DNA of 63,314 bases, filler included, from Thermodesulfobacteriota bacterium (GTDB lineage Bacteria; DASVDK01): the NCBI GenBank assembly GCA_036381125.1. It is 9 parts of 9 records of this genome, joined end to end, with 100 filler letters (N's around TTAATTAATTAA, not from the genome) between each part and the next. Parts side by side here need not be neighbours in the genome. Positions count along the whole stretch, not along the records: positions 47,588 to 54,946 come from DASVDK010000323.1; positions 55,047 to 60,351 come from DASVDK010000326.1; positions 60,452 to 63,314 come from DASVDK010000328.1; 6 more parts are not named here. One strand, given 5' to 3'. Position 1 is the first letter of the stretch. Every line of letters starts with the position of its first letter. The translations under genes and the position numbers were made by a program. The notes under the pieces were generated by a model. The model was given only the letters and a program-made list of their open reading frames with translations, was not told where the DNA came from and did no database searches. Positions 51,855 to 61,173 of this stretch are shown here, piece after piece.

Positions 51855-52753
51855 CGGACCCCCACGCCGTCCGCGACCGGCGAGGCCGGCTTCTGGTAGA
51901 CCATGTCGTGCTTGAGGTGCCTGAGCACGAAGCTCGTCGAGAGGTTCATGAGCGACTCGCTGTGGCCGAGGAGGAGATGCCCCCCGGCGGCGAGCTTCCG
52001 CTCGAAGAGGTCGATCACCGTTCGCTTCGCCGTGACGTCGAAGTAGATGATCACGTTCCGACAGAAGATCACGTCCATGGTGGGCAGGAGCGCCACGCGG
52101 CCGGCGTCGAGCAGGTTCAGGTGGGCGAAGCTCACGAACCGCCGCACCTCGTCCTTCACCCGGTAGGTCGTCGAGCCGCCCGGGCCGGGCGCGGTCTCGA
52201 AGAAGCGGCGCACGCGCCCCTGATCGATCTGGCGCATGGAGGGGGCGCCGTAGACGCCGGCGCGCGCCACCCCGAGGACCCGCTGGCTGATGTCGGTGCC
52301 GAAGATGTCCACCTTCCAGTCGCCGAAGCGGCCGTTCTCGAGGATCAGCATCGCGATGGTGTACGGCTCCTCGCCGGTGGAGCAGCCGGCGCTCCAGATG
52401 CGGAGCGCCTTCGGCTGGACGCCTCCGCCCCTGGCGAGGTGCTCGGGGAGGATCTCCTCGGCGAACGCCTTGAGCTGGAACTCCTCGCGGAAGAAGTAGG
52501 TCTCGTTCGTCGTGAGGACGTCGAGCACCGCGTTGAGCTCCTCTTCGCGACGCCGGTCGTACTTGAGGAACCGGTGGTACTCGGTGAAGCTCCTGAGCTG
52601 GCGCAGCGCGGCGCGGCGGGCGAGACGCTTCTCGAGCAGGTACTTCGACTCGTCGTCGAAGTAGATGCCGCAGTGCCCGTGGATGAAGTCCCGGATCTGC
52701 CGGAACTCCTCGAGGGACATGGGCAGCTCGCCGCCGGCGCCGGGACCGAGCAT
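51851..52753 (-). CDS. cheR: Chemotaxis methyltransferase CheR
   Basis: TTNETYFFRE, WSAGCSTGEEPY, GTDIS, FCRNVIIYF, LGHSE. Confidence 0.95.
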   Translation of the reverse strand: MLGPGAGGELPMSLEEFRQIRDFIHGHCGIYFDDESKYLLEKRLARRAALRQLRSFTEYHRFLKYDRRREEELNAVLDVLTTNETYFFREEFQLKAFAEEILPEHLARGGGVQPKALRIWSAGCSTGEEPYTIAMLILENGRFGDWKVDIFGTDISQRVLGVARAGVYGAPSMRQIDQGRVRRFFETAPGPGGSTTYRVKDEVRRFVSFAHLNLLDAGRVALLPTMDVIFCRNVIIYFDVTAKRTVIDLFERKLAAGGHLLLGHSESLMNLSTSFVLRHLKHDMVYQKPASPVADGVGVR

Positions 52754-52756
52754 GGG

Positions 52757-54775
52757 CTAGCCGAGCGCCTCGAGGGCCTCGCGGATCGCCTCGCGCGCCA
52801 GGTCGTCGTCCTCGACGGCCAGCCGCGCCTGGAGCGCGCCCCTCGCCTCGCCGGCGCGGCGGCGCCCGAGCGCCTGCGCGGCGGCCGCGCGGACGCCCCA
52901 GTCGGGCGACGAGAGGAGGGGCACGAGCGCCGCGGTGACCGGCGCGCCGCCGAGCGGCGCGATCTGGCGGGCGGCGGCGCGGACCACCTCCGGCTCGCTC
53001 GACCCGAGCAGCGGGAGGACGTGGGGCACGGCCGCCTCCCCGCCGAGGATCACCGCCGCCTCGATCGCGGCCAGGACCACGGGCGGCTCCTCCGACGCGA
53101 GCGCACCGGTCACCGCCGTGAACCCGCCCGGCGCGCCGATCGACCCGAGCGCCTGCACGGCGGCGGCCTGCACCCACGGGTCACGGTCGAGCGCCAGCAG
53201 GCAGAGCGCCTCGACGGCCGCCTCGCTGCGCAGGCGGCCGAGCGCGAGCGCCGCGGCGATGCGGACCTCGGGCGCCTCGTCGGCCAGGGCGAGCAGGAGC
53301 GGCTCGACCCCCTCGCGGCACCCCAGCGCGCCGATGGCCGACGCGGCGGCCTGCCGCACCTCGGGATCGGCGTCCTTGAGGGCGAAGGCGAGACGCTCGA
53401 CCGCCTCGGCGGCCGCGGCGGTGGCCCGGCCGTCGGCCGCGGCGATCTCGCCGAGGAGGTGGACGCCGGTCCGGCGCCGCGCCGCCTCGCCCGAGGCGAG
53501 GAGCGGTTCGGCGTGCGCGAGGAGCGGAGCCGGCCCGCTCGTCCGCGCCAGGGCGCCGAGCGCGGCGATGGCCGCGGCCTGGACCTCCGGATCGTCGTCG
53601 AGGAGCCGGGCGGCCACGGCGTCGATCGCGGCCTGCCGTCCCGAGCGGCCGAGCGCGAAGACGGCCGCCGCCCGCACGGCCGGCGAGGGATCGTCGAGCG
53701 CCTGCTGGAGCGCCGGGACGCTGCGGCCGCCGTCGTCGGGCAGCTCGCCGAGCAGCAGGGAAGCCAGGTGCCGCCGGCTCTCGTCGCCGTCGCCGAGCAT
53801 CGCCTCGAGCGCCCGGCGGGCCGGCTCGCCGGCGGCCACCAGCGCGGCCAGCGCGGAGGGCCGCAGCCGCTCGTCGGCCGCGGCCTCCACCAGGGCCGCC
53901 ACGCCGCGGGCGTCCCCGGCGACCGCCAGGAGGGCGCCGGCCGCGACGCGGATGCCGGCCGCCGGCGCGGCAAGCGCCGAGGCGACCAGGTCGCGCCAGA
54001 CGGCCGCCTCGCCGCGCGCCCTGAGCGCCTCGGCGATCGGCGCGTGGAGGGCGGGGTGGGCCTCCCAGAGCGCCCACGTCGCGACGATGGCCGCCTCGCG
54101 GGTGCCCTTGCCGCGGTCGCCGATCCCCGCCAGCACGAGGTCCGCCGCGGCGGCGTCGCGCACCTGACCGATGACGTCGTAGACGGCTCGCCTGAGCTGC
54201 GCGTGCTCGGCCAGCCGCGCGAGCACCGGCCTCGGGATCGGCTTGCCGATCCGGCCGAGGGCGCCGAGCGCCGCGTGCGAGAGCCACAGGTCGCCCCCCT
54301 CGAGCACGGCGAGGAGGCTCGCCTGGGCGCGGTCGTCGCCGATCTTGCCGAGCGCTTCGGCCGCCGCCGTCCGGACGTTCTCCTCGCCGTCGGCCAGGGC
54401 GCTCACGATCGCCGGCACCGTACGGCGGTCGCCGATCTCGCCGAGGACGTCGACGACGACCTTGCGGATCTCCGGGTCGGGATCGGACGTCCGGCCGAGG
54501 AGCGCCGGCACGGCGGCGGCGCCGAGTCGGATCAGCCCCTCGACGGCGGAATTGCGACGGCCGGCGTTGGCGTCGTCGCGCAGCGCCGCCACCAGGCCGT
54601 CGACCGCCGCGTCGCGCTCGGGGTGGGCGAGCACCGCCTCGACCGCGGCCTTGCGCACGCGCCACGAGCGGTCGCCGAGGCCGGCGAGCGCGGCCTCGAG
54701 CGCCTCGCGCGTCGGGCGGCCGACCAGCCGCGCCGCCGCGGCGAGCCTCGCCTCCTCGTCCACTGCCAGCGTCAT
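52757..54775 (-). CDS. HEAT repeat protein
   Basis: Many L.D.D..VR..AA.ALG repeats. Confidence 0.9.
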   Translation of the reverse strand: MTLAVDEEARLAAAARLVGRPTREALEAALAGLGDRSWRVRKAAVEAVLAHPERDAAVDGLVAALRDDANAGRRNSAVEGLIRLGAAAVPALLGRTSDPDPEIRKVVVDVLGEIGDRRTVPAIVSALADGEENVRTAAAEALGKIGDDRAQASLLAVLEGGDLWLSHAALGALGRIGKPIPRPVLARLAEHAQLRRAVYDVIGQVRDAAAADLVLAGIGDRGKGTREAAIVATWALWEAHPALHAPIAEALRARGEAAVWRDLVASALAAPAAGIRVAAGALLAVAGDARGVAALVEAAADERLRPSALAALVAAGEPARRALEAMLGDGDESRRHLASLLLGELPDDGGRSVPALQQALDDPSPAVRAAAVFALGRSGRQAAIDAVAARLLDDDPEVQAAAIAALGALARTSGPAPLLAHAEPLLASGEAARRRTGVHLLGEIAAADGRATAAAAEAVERLAFALKDADPEVRQAAASAIGALGCREGVEPLLLALADEAPEVRIAAALALGRLRSEAAVEALCLLALDRDPWVQAAAVQALGSIGAPGGFTAVTGALASEEPPVVLAAIEAAVILGGEAAVPHVLPLLGSSEPEVVRAAARQIAPLGGAPVTAALVPLLSSPDWGVRAAAAQALGRRRAGEARGALQARLAVEDDDLAREAIREALEALG

Positions 54776-54946
54776 CGCTGCGCGGCCGCGGAGCTGCGGG
54801 CGCTCATGCGCCGCACGTAGTCCTCGAGCGCCTCGAGGACGTAGTCGGCGGCCGCGGCCTCGGCGCCCACGCGCGCCTTGAGCAGCTCGCGGCCCTCCTT
54901 CAGCTCGTCCTTGAGGAGGTCGGGGAGGTTGCCTTCGGCGATCCCC
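54772..54946 (-). CDS. C-terminal fragment of a hypothetical protein of the chemosensory operon
   Basis: Open frame GIAEGNLPDLLKDELKEGRELLKARV ending in an ATGA overlap with the HEAT gene. Confidence 0.55.
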
Positions 54947-55046
54947 NNNNNNNNNNNNNNNNNNNNNNNNNNNNNNNNNNNNNNNNNNNNTTAATTAATT
55001 AANNNNNNNNNNNNNNNNNNNNNNNNNNNNNNNNNNNNNNNNNNNN

Positions 55047-55289
55047 GGCCTGGCGGTCGATGCGGCGAATGGTGCTCTTCGGCAGCCACACCGATCGCGC
55101 CTTGCGGCCGCGCCCGAGATCGATGGTGAAGTAGCGGACCCGCCCCGTGGCCTCGTCGAGGACGAGGTCGTCGACCTCGCCGATGAGGCCGTCGGTCCCG
55201 TGGACCTCGAAGCCCCGGAAGTCGTGGTGTGCGTTCTCGTCAGCCCATCGCTGATCCGGCATCTCGTCGAGGCGCCTCAGCATCTGCAC
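55047..55289 (-). CDS. PRC-barrel domain protein, 3' truncated
   Basis: RGFEV..TDG.IGEVDDLV.D..TG.VRY..ID. Confidence 0.8.
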
Positions 55290-55344
55290 GTCTCCCCGCA
55301 GAAAAATGGTGACCGTCGTTTTACCCCGGTCACAAGGGCCGTTC

Positions 55345-55363
55345 GGTGATCCACTTCACATTT
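55345..55363. promoter_or_regulatory. CRP/FNR-like binding site
   Basis: GGTGA-N6-TCACATTT about 55 nt upstream of the PRC-barrel start. Confidence 0.45.
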
Positions 55364-55486
55364 CACGCCGCGAGTGTTTCACCGAGCCGAACGACCGAGG
55401 CGTAGATCAAAACCGGACGCGCCGCCGACTGCCGCTCGGGCCGGCCGGCCCCGAATCGCCGGGCCGCCGGGCCCTCGCCCCGCTCT

Positions 55487-56104
55487 CTACGCCTGGCACC
55501 GGACCAGGTTCATGAACTCCATCCGCGTCGCCTCGCGGTCCTGGAAGATCCCGATCATCGACGAGGTGATCGCCCTGGAGTTCTGCTTCTCGACACCCCG
55601 CATCATCATGCAGAGGTGCTGGGCCTCGATCACCACGGCGACGCCGAGCGGCTGTAGCTGCTCGTTGATCGTGTTGGCGATCTGGCTCGTGAGCCGCTCC
55701 TGGACCTGGAGCCGCCGGCTGAACATCTCGACCAGGCGGGCGACCTTCGAGAGCCCGACGATCTTGCGGTCCGGGATGTAGGCGACGTGCGCCTTGCCGA
55801 AGAACGGCAGCATGTGGTGCTCGCACATGCTGAAGAAGTCGATGTCCTTCACGAGGACCATCTCGTTGTAGTTCTCGGTGAAGAGGGCGCCGTTCAGGAC
55901 CACCCTCGGGTCCTGCTCGTATCCGCTCGTCAGGTAGCGGAACGCCCGCGCGACGCGCGCCGGCGTCTTCCTGAGCCCCTCGCGCCCGGGATCCTCCCCC
56001 AGCTCGCGCAGCACCGTCGTGAACGCCGCGACGAGCGCCTCGTCGTCGGGGGCGGCGCCCTCGATCTCCGGGTCCATGTCGTCGCGCAGTGGCTGCCGTT
56101 TCAT
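55487..56104 (-). CDS. folE: GTP cyclohydrolase I
   Basis: [41 protein letters not shown]. Confidence 0.96.
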   Translation of the reverse strand: MKRQPLRDDMDPEIEGAAPDDEALVAAFTTVLRELGEDPGREGLRKTPARVARAFRYLTSGYEQDPRVVLNGALFTENYNEMVLVKDIDFFSMCEHHMLPFFGKAHVAYIPDRKIVGLSKVARLVEMFSRRLQVQERLTSQIANTINEQLQPLGVAVVIEAQHLCMMMRGVEKQNSRAITSSMIGIFQDREATRMEFMNLVRCQA

Positions 56105-56132
56105 GATGGTCCCTCCATGCGGTCGCCCGGTC

Positions 56133-56549
56133 TCATCCGCCGCCGCTCGCCTCGAAGACGTTGTTCGGCGTCTCGTGGAGGACGACGCGCACGAGCGCCG
56201 GGCCGACCGCGCCCGCGAGGAGCCGCTCGAGCAGCCGCGCCAGCTCCTCCGAGGTCCCGCTCGTGTCCGCGAGCTCGGGGATGTCGACGTTGAGGTTCGC
56301 CCCGTCGAGCCTCGCGAGGACCAGCTCCGCGAGCGCCGCGTCGAGGCGCGAGGCGGCCGGCAGGAGCCCCGTCTCCGGGTCGAGCCGGCCGGCGACCGTT
56401 GCCTCGAGCCGGTACGTGTGCCCGTGGCCGTTCGGGTTGTTGCACTTGCCGAAGACCGTCCGGTTGGCCTCGGGGGACAGACACGGACTGTGGAGCCGGT
56501 GGGCGGCCGAGAACTCCACGATCCGGGTGACGCGGACCTCCGGGGTCAT
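56133..56549 (-). CDS. 6-pyruvoyltetrahydropterin synthase family (CX5HGH)
   Basis: [20 protein letters not shown]-terminal ET.NN. Confidence 0.88.
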   Translation of the reverse strand: MTPEVRVTRIVEFSAAHRLHSPCLSPEANRTVFGKCNNPNGHGHTYRLEATVAGRLDPETGLLPAASRLDAALAELVLARLDGANLNVDIPELADTSGTSEELARLLERLLAGAVGPALVRVVLHETPNNVFEASGGG

Positions 56550-56968
56550 GCCGTGCGCCCCTCGTACTCCACGTACGTCGACGCGTCGCGGGCGAGCCGC
56601 ACCCGCACGAGCCGGCAGCCGCCGGGGAAGCGCCCCTCGAGCCGCTCCCAGATCACCACGGCGAGCGCCTCGGTCGTCGGCACGCGCGTTCGGAACTCCT
56701 CCGTGTCGAGGTTGAGATGCCGGTGATCGAACCGGTCGAGCACCTCGGCCGTCACGATCCGCTTGAGGAGGCCCACGTCGATCACCATCCCGGTCTCCGG
56801 GTCGACCGGTCCCTCGACGGTCACGTCGAGGAGAAAGTTGTGCCCGTCGCCGTTCGGGCTCGCGCAGCGGCCGAAGAGCCGCCGGTTCTCCTCCGGCGAC
56901 CGGTCCTCCCGCCAGGCGCGATGCGCGGCGGAGAACTCGAACTTCTTGGTGACGCGCAGCGTCGGCAT
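56546..56968 (-). CDS. PTPS/QueD-fold paralog with degenerate active site
   Basis: FSAAH..FGRCASPNGDGHNF, DPETGMV, FDHRHLN, PTTE. Confidence 0.85.
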   Translation of the reverse strand: MPTLRVTKKFEFSAAHRAWREDRSPEENRRLFGRCASPNGDGHNFLLDVTVEGPVDPETGMVIDVGLLKRIVTAEVLDRFDHRHLNLDTEEFRTRVPTTEALAVVIWERLEGRFPGGCRLVRVRLARDASTYVEYEGRTA

Positions 56969-58230
56969 CAGCGCTCGTCGCTCCTGTCGGGCCCGGCGGG
57001 CGGACCGGTGTAGCGGCGCCCTCGCCAGGTCACGGCGCGCCCCCCGCTCCGCCGCCAGGCGGAGTCGAGGAAGAGTAGCCCGGTCGCCGCGGCACCGAGC
57101 GGCGCGAGCCACCCCGCCCCGGTGCCGTGCCCGCCGAGGCGAGCAAGCCCCACCCCTTCGGCCAGGATAGCGGCGCCTCCGAGGGCGGCCATCACGCAGC
57201 CTCCCACGGCGACCACGGCCCGATCCGTGGTGGCGGCCACCAGAGCGACGGCGAGCGCCAGGACGGGCCCTGCGCCCCGGAGCAGAAAGCGGACCCCCTC
57301 CCGGGCCGCCGCCGCCGGCCCCCCGGCGAGGTCGGCCAGGTTCTTGGTCCAGCCTTCCCGGAGGGTGCGTGCGCCATCGTACATCCGGACGCGCACGAGG
57401 TCCGGGGCCGCGAGGAAGCGGATGCGCGCGCGGGCTTTGGCGAGGCGCGCGAGCGCCACGTCCTCCAGGAGGTCCCCCTTCAGCGCCGCGTGGCCGCCGA
57501 CGGCGTCGTAGAGGGCGCGGGCGACGAGCAGGTACTGGCCGTTGGCCGCCGCCCGCGGGTCGCCCGGGTCGTTCACGGCCGCCAGGGGGTATCGCCTGGC
57601 GAGGAACTCGAAGACGAACGGCTGCACCAGCCGCTCGGCGGCCGACACCGCCTCCTGCCGCCCGGTGAGGCTCAGGAGCGAGGCGCCGTCGGCCAGCGCC
57701 CGGCCGAGGGCGAGCCGCAAGGCCGCCGGGTGGTGCACCGTGTCGGCGTCGGTGAAGAGGAGCCAGTCCCCCCTCGCCTCGCGCTGCCCGTACCAGAGCG
57801 CGTGGCTCTTGCCGCTCCACCCGTCGGGCAGCGGCGGCGCGTGAATCAGCCGGACGCGCGCGTCGCCCGCGGCCGTCCGACGCACCACCTCGGGCGTGCC
57901 GTCCGTCGACCCGTCGTCGACGACCAGGATCTCCGTCCGTGGGTAGTCGAGCGCGAGAAGCGACTCCAGGCAGGGCCCGATGCGGGCCGCCTCGTTCCTC
58001 GCCGGCACGAGGATCGACACGAGGGGCGCCCCGGCCGGCAGCGGCCCCACCGGATCGTCCAGGCGGAGCGCCGACGCGCCCGCCCGCTCGGCCGCCACCG
58101 CGCGGAGCCCTTCGCGCGCCTGGCGCGCCAACCAGAGGCCGACGGCTGCACAGGCCAGGACGAGCGCCAGATCTCCCCAGGAGGGCAGGCCGATCGGCGC
58201 CGAATGGCTCGTCTGACGCGGGTCTCGCAA
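56968..58230 (-). CDS. Membrane glycosyltransferase family 2
   Basis: VPARNE, VDDGSTDGT, GWSGK, FTDAD, NGQY, EDV.LA, RMY, GW.KN; start approximate. Confidence 0.87.
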   Translation of the reverse strand: MRDPRQTSHSAPIGLPSWGDLALVLACAAVGLWLARQAREGLRAVAAERAGASALRLDDPVGPLPAGAPLVSILVPARNEAARIGPCLESLLALDYPRTEILVVDDGSTDGTPEVVRRTAAGDARVRLIHAPPLPDGWSGKSHALWYGQREARGDWLLFTDADTVHHPAALRLALGRALADGASLLSLTGRQEAVSAAERLVQPFVFEFLARRYPLAAVNDPGDPRAAANGQYLLVARALYDAVGGHAALKGDLLEDVALARLAKARARIRFLAAPDLVRVRMYDGARTLREGWTKNLADLAGGPAAAAREGVRFLLRGAGPVLALAVALVAATTDRAVVAVGGCVMAALGGAAILAEGVGLARLGGHGTGAGWLAPLGAAATGLLFLDSAWRRSGGRAVTWRGRRYTGPPAGPDRSDER

Positions 58231-58260
58231 GGCGAGAAACGGTACCGCCGGCCGCGGGCC

Positions 58261-58289
58261 TTGACAACGCTGTGGCCTCCCGGTAGCGT
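58261..58289 (+). promoter_or_regulatory. Sigma70-type promoter for tRNA-Gln
   Basis: TTGACA, 17-nt spacer, TAGCGT; 46 nt upstream of the tRNA. Confidence 0.6.
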
Positions 58290-58335
58290 TTTCCAGTTCT
58301 GGTGCGCCAGCGTCCCATCCCCGGCGCCGCCTTGC

Positions 58336-58409
58336 TGCGGGATCAGCTAACGGCAGGCTGCTTGGCTCTGAACCAAGTCGTCTAGGTTCGAATCCTAGTC
58401 CCGCAGCCA
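58336..58409 (+). tRNA. tRNA-Gln(CTG)
   Basis: Acceptor TGCGGGA/TCCCGCA, anticodon arm CTTGG-CTCTGAA-CCAAG, T arm CTAGG-TTCGAAT-CCTAG, encoded CCA. Confidence 0.95.
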
Positions 58410-58486
58410 GTTTCCCTTCCCCGTTCGTCGCCGGCCGCCCCGGGTCGGCGGGCCGCGCTCGATCGCCGGGTCCCGGAGGTTGCCGA

Positions 58487-58819
58487 TTGAAGTACCTCTG
58501 CCTGGTCTATCTCGAGGCGGAGCGCCTCAGAGCCGTTCCCGACGCCGAGTGCATGGCCTTCGGGGCAACTCTGAGGGCCCGCGGGCAGCTCATCGCCGCC
58601 GAGGCGCTCCAGCCGGTCCACACGGCCACGACCGTGCGCGTGCGCGACGGCAGGACGACCACGACGGACGGCCCGTTCGCCGAGACGAAGGAGCAACTGG
58701 CCGGCTTCTACCTGATCGACGCGAAGGACCTCGACGAGGCCGTGCGGATCGCCTCGACGATCCCTCCGGCCAGGGTCGGCAGCATCGAGGTGCGGCCGGT
58801 CCGGGAGCTGGAGCCCTGA
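58487..58819 (+). CDS. YciI family (DGPF) protein
   Basis: TDGPFAETKEQLAGFYLI, GSIEVRP. Confidence 0.9.
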   Translation: MKYLCLVYLEAERLRAVPDAECMAFGATLRARGQLIAAEALQPVHTATTVRVRDGRTTTTDGPFAETKEQLAGFYLIDAKDLDEAVRIASTIPPARVGSIEVRPVRELEP

Positions 58820-58978
58820 GAGCGCGCGGCCCGAGCGACTCCCTCGGGCCCGCCCGCTACGGCGAGTTCGAGCCGCGGGAGACGGCCCTCGCCGGGCGGA
58901 TCGACGAGCGCCGCCTGGACGTACGGCCGGTCGATCCGGTCGAGCCCTTCGCCGCCTCCCCGCCGGACGGGGACGCTC

Positions 58979-60049
58979 TCACGAGCCCGCTCCGCGTCGG
59001 GGATCGGTAGGCCTCGGCAGCGGCACCCCGAGCTCCTCCGCGATGGCGCCGAGCCGCGCCCAGGTCCCCTCCGCGAGCGGGATGCCCTCGACCTTTCGCC
59101 GCTCGGCCTCCTTCCAGGCGTGCTCGCCCGGGACGAGGACCTCGGGGACGCCGGGTCGGGGCCGTGCGCTCTTCACGTGGGCGAGCATCGCGTCGACGTC
59201 CGCGACGAACCGGTCGAGCGGCAGGAAGCGACCCACGTCCACGGCGACGAGGAACGCGCCCTGGTAGTCCGGCCCCGGGTCGGGGCGCACGAAGCCGGCG
59301 CCCGAGAGCACGCCGGCCAGCACCTCCACGACGAGCGCGAGCGCGTAGCCCTTGTGGCCGGCCATCGGCAGGATGGTGCCGGGCGGGTCGGCGAACGGGA
59401 CGTTCGGGTCGGTCGACGGTCGGCCCAGCGGGTCCTGCACCCACCCCTCGGGCACCGGCTCGCCCGCGTCGCGCGCCGCCTTGAGCTTGCCGCTCGCGAC
59501 GATGCTGGTCGAGACGTCCACGACCAGGTGCGGCGGGGTGCGGCGCGGGATGCCGACGGCAAAGGGGTTGGTCGACAGGCGGCCCTCGAGCCCCCCGGCC
59601 GGCGCCACCCGTTGCAGCGCCCCCGAGTCGTTCGCGAAGACGAGCCCGACGACGCCCGCGGCCGCGGCCTGCTCGGCGAAGTCGGCGAGGCGGCCGACGT
59701 GGTTCGCCCGCCGGATGCCGACCGCGGCCACGCCGTGGGCGCGGGCGCGCGCCACGGCGAGCGCCATCGCCTCGCGGGCCACCACCTGACCGAAGCCGAG
59801 CCGGCCGTCCACGACGAGCGTCGTCGGCCCGCGCTCCTCGACGCCCGGTCGCTCGCCGGGCCGGATCTGCCCGGCCCGTATGGCCTCGACGTACTGCGGG
59901 ATCCGCAGGACGCCGTGCGAGTCGTGCCCCATGAGGTTCGAGCGGACGAGGAGCGTGGAGACCCACGCCGCCTCCTCCCGCGGCGCGCGGAGCGCCGCGA
60001 AGACCTCCGTCCCGAAGCGTTCCAGGTCCTGCCAGTCGACTCGCGGCAT
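58979..60049 (-). CDS. Ldh_2 family (malate/L-lactate/sulfolactate-type) oxidoreductase
   Basis: GHDSHG, NHVGR, STNP, GHKGYAL, PGE. Confidence 0.9.
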   Translation of the reverse strand: MPRVDWQDLERFGTEVFAALRAPREEAAWVSTLLVRSNLMGHDSHGVLRIPQYVEAIRAGQIRPGERPGVEERGPTTLVVDGRLGFGQVVAREAMALAVARARAHGVAAVGIRRANHVGRLADFAEQAAAAGVVGLVFANDSGALQRVAPAGGLEGRLSTNPFAVGIPRRTPPHLVVDVSTSIVASGKLKAARDAGEPVPEGWVQDPLGRPSTDPNVPFADPPGTILPMAGHKGYALALVVEVLAGVLSGAGFVRPDPGPDYQGAFLVAVDVGRFLPLDRFVADVDAMLAHVKSARPRPGVPEVLVPGEHAWKEAERRKVEGIPLAEGTWARLGAIAEELGVPLPRPTDPRRGAGS

Positions 60050-60096
60050 GCGTCCCCTCGTCCTGCGACGGTCCTCGCGACTCCGACAGTCCGTCT

Positions 60097-60225
60097 GGAG
60101 CGAAGGCCGGGTTCACCCCGGCCGGAGCGATGACGCAGGGGAGGTTGTCAGGAGGGGGGCGGAGCCCCCCTCTTGACTCCCATCTCCAGGTTGTCAGGAG
60201 GGGGGCGGAGCCCCCCCTTGACTCC
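60097..60225. repeat. REP-like hairpin cluster with two units at 46-nt spacing
   Basis: AGGTTGTCAGGAGGGGGGC-GGA-GCCCCCC(T/C)CTTGACTCC-like units at 60142 and 60188; extra hairpin GGCCGGG-TTCAC-CCCGGCC at 60105. Confidence 0.8.
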
Positions 60226-60451
60226 AATGGAAGGCCCGAGCCCCCGGGAGGCCGCCTCCCGCAACAGGTCGAAGAACGCCTGGGCCGTGACCTCGCCGGT
60301 CGCCCCCGGCGCCTCGACTTCGGCGAGGAGGTGCGGGGGGCGCCGGCGCACNNNNNNNNNNNNNNNNNNNNNNNNNNNNNNNNNNNNNNNNNNNNTTAAT
60401 TAATTAANNNNNNNNNNNNNNNNNNNNNNNNNNNNNNNNNNNNNNNNNNNN

Positions 60452-61149
60452 CCGCGCGGGCCTCGACCCCGGCCGAGTCCGACTCCGCCGCCGAACTCGC
60501 CGCGCTGCGCCGCGAACTCGCGGAACTGCGCGCCCTCGCGCTCCGGCAGGTGGCCCAGCCGGCCCCGGCGCCGGCGGCGGAGCCCCCGAAGCCGGCGCTC
60601 CCGCCCAAGCCCGATCCCGCGCTCCTCCTCACGGACCCCGCGACCTACCAGGCGCAGTACGACGCCTACCGCGACGCCGTCGAGGCGCAGCGCATCGAGC
60701 GGCTGCGCGAGGAGTACCGGACCGAGCGCGAGCGCGAGCGCACCGAGGCCGAGCGCCAGTCGGCGTGGCGGGCCGAGGTGTCGGCCTTCTACGACCGGCA
60801 CCCGGACCTCGACACGCCCGAGGTCCGGCCCTACGCGAACGCGGTCTACCAGGAGCTCTACCAGACCGATCCCACGTTCCGGGCGCTGCCGGTGCGCGAC
60901 GCGCTCGACCGCGCGGCGGCGGAGACCAAGCGGCGGCTCCTCGCGCTGCGTCAGGGCGCCCGTGCCGCCGGCGAGCGGCCGAGCCCGCCGCGGCTCGAAA
61001 GCTCGCGCCCGGCCGGCCCCGCCGGTCCGGCACCGACCCCCGAGAAGCCCTCAACCATGTCCGACGCGATCCGCGCCCTCCAGCGGCGCCGGCGGGAGTT
61101 GGCCCGCGGGCGACCGGCCGCGGCAGGGCCGGGTGTCCGTGCCGTGTAG
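60452..61149 (+). CDS. Putative phage capsid scaffolding protein, 5' truncated
   Basis: Helical, charged and Pro-rich protein directly upstream of the capsid gene. Confidence 0.55.
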
Positions 61150-61173
61150 CCGGGCGAAGGAGTGCGCTGACCG

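Noticed and set aside
56133-56968. folE plus queD-like genes as a 7-deazaguanine DNA modification or queuosine cluster
   Set aside because: No queC, queE or dpdA in the contig, and the motif spacing is CX5 rather than the QueD CX3.
58336-58409. tRNA-Gln as a prophage or island attachment site
   Set aside because: No integrase nearby and no duplicated tRNA 3' end seen; the phage genes are on a different contig.
60142-60225. Possible mini-CRISPR (palindromic repeat twice)
   Set aside because: Only two copies separated by 7 nt, far too short for a spacer.
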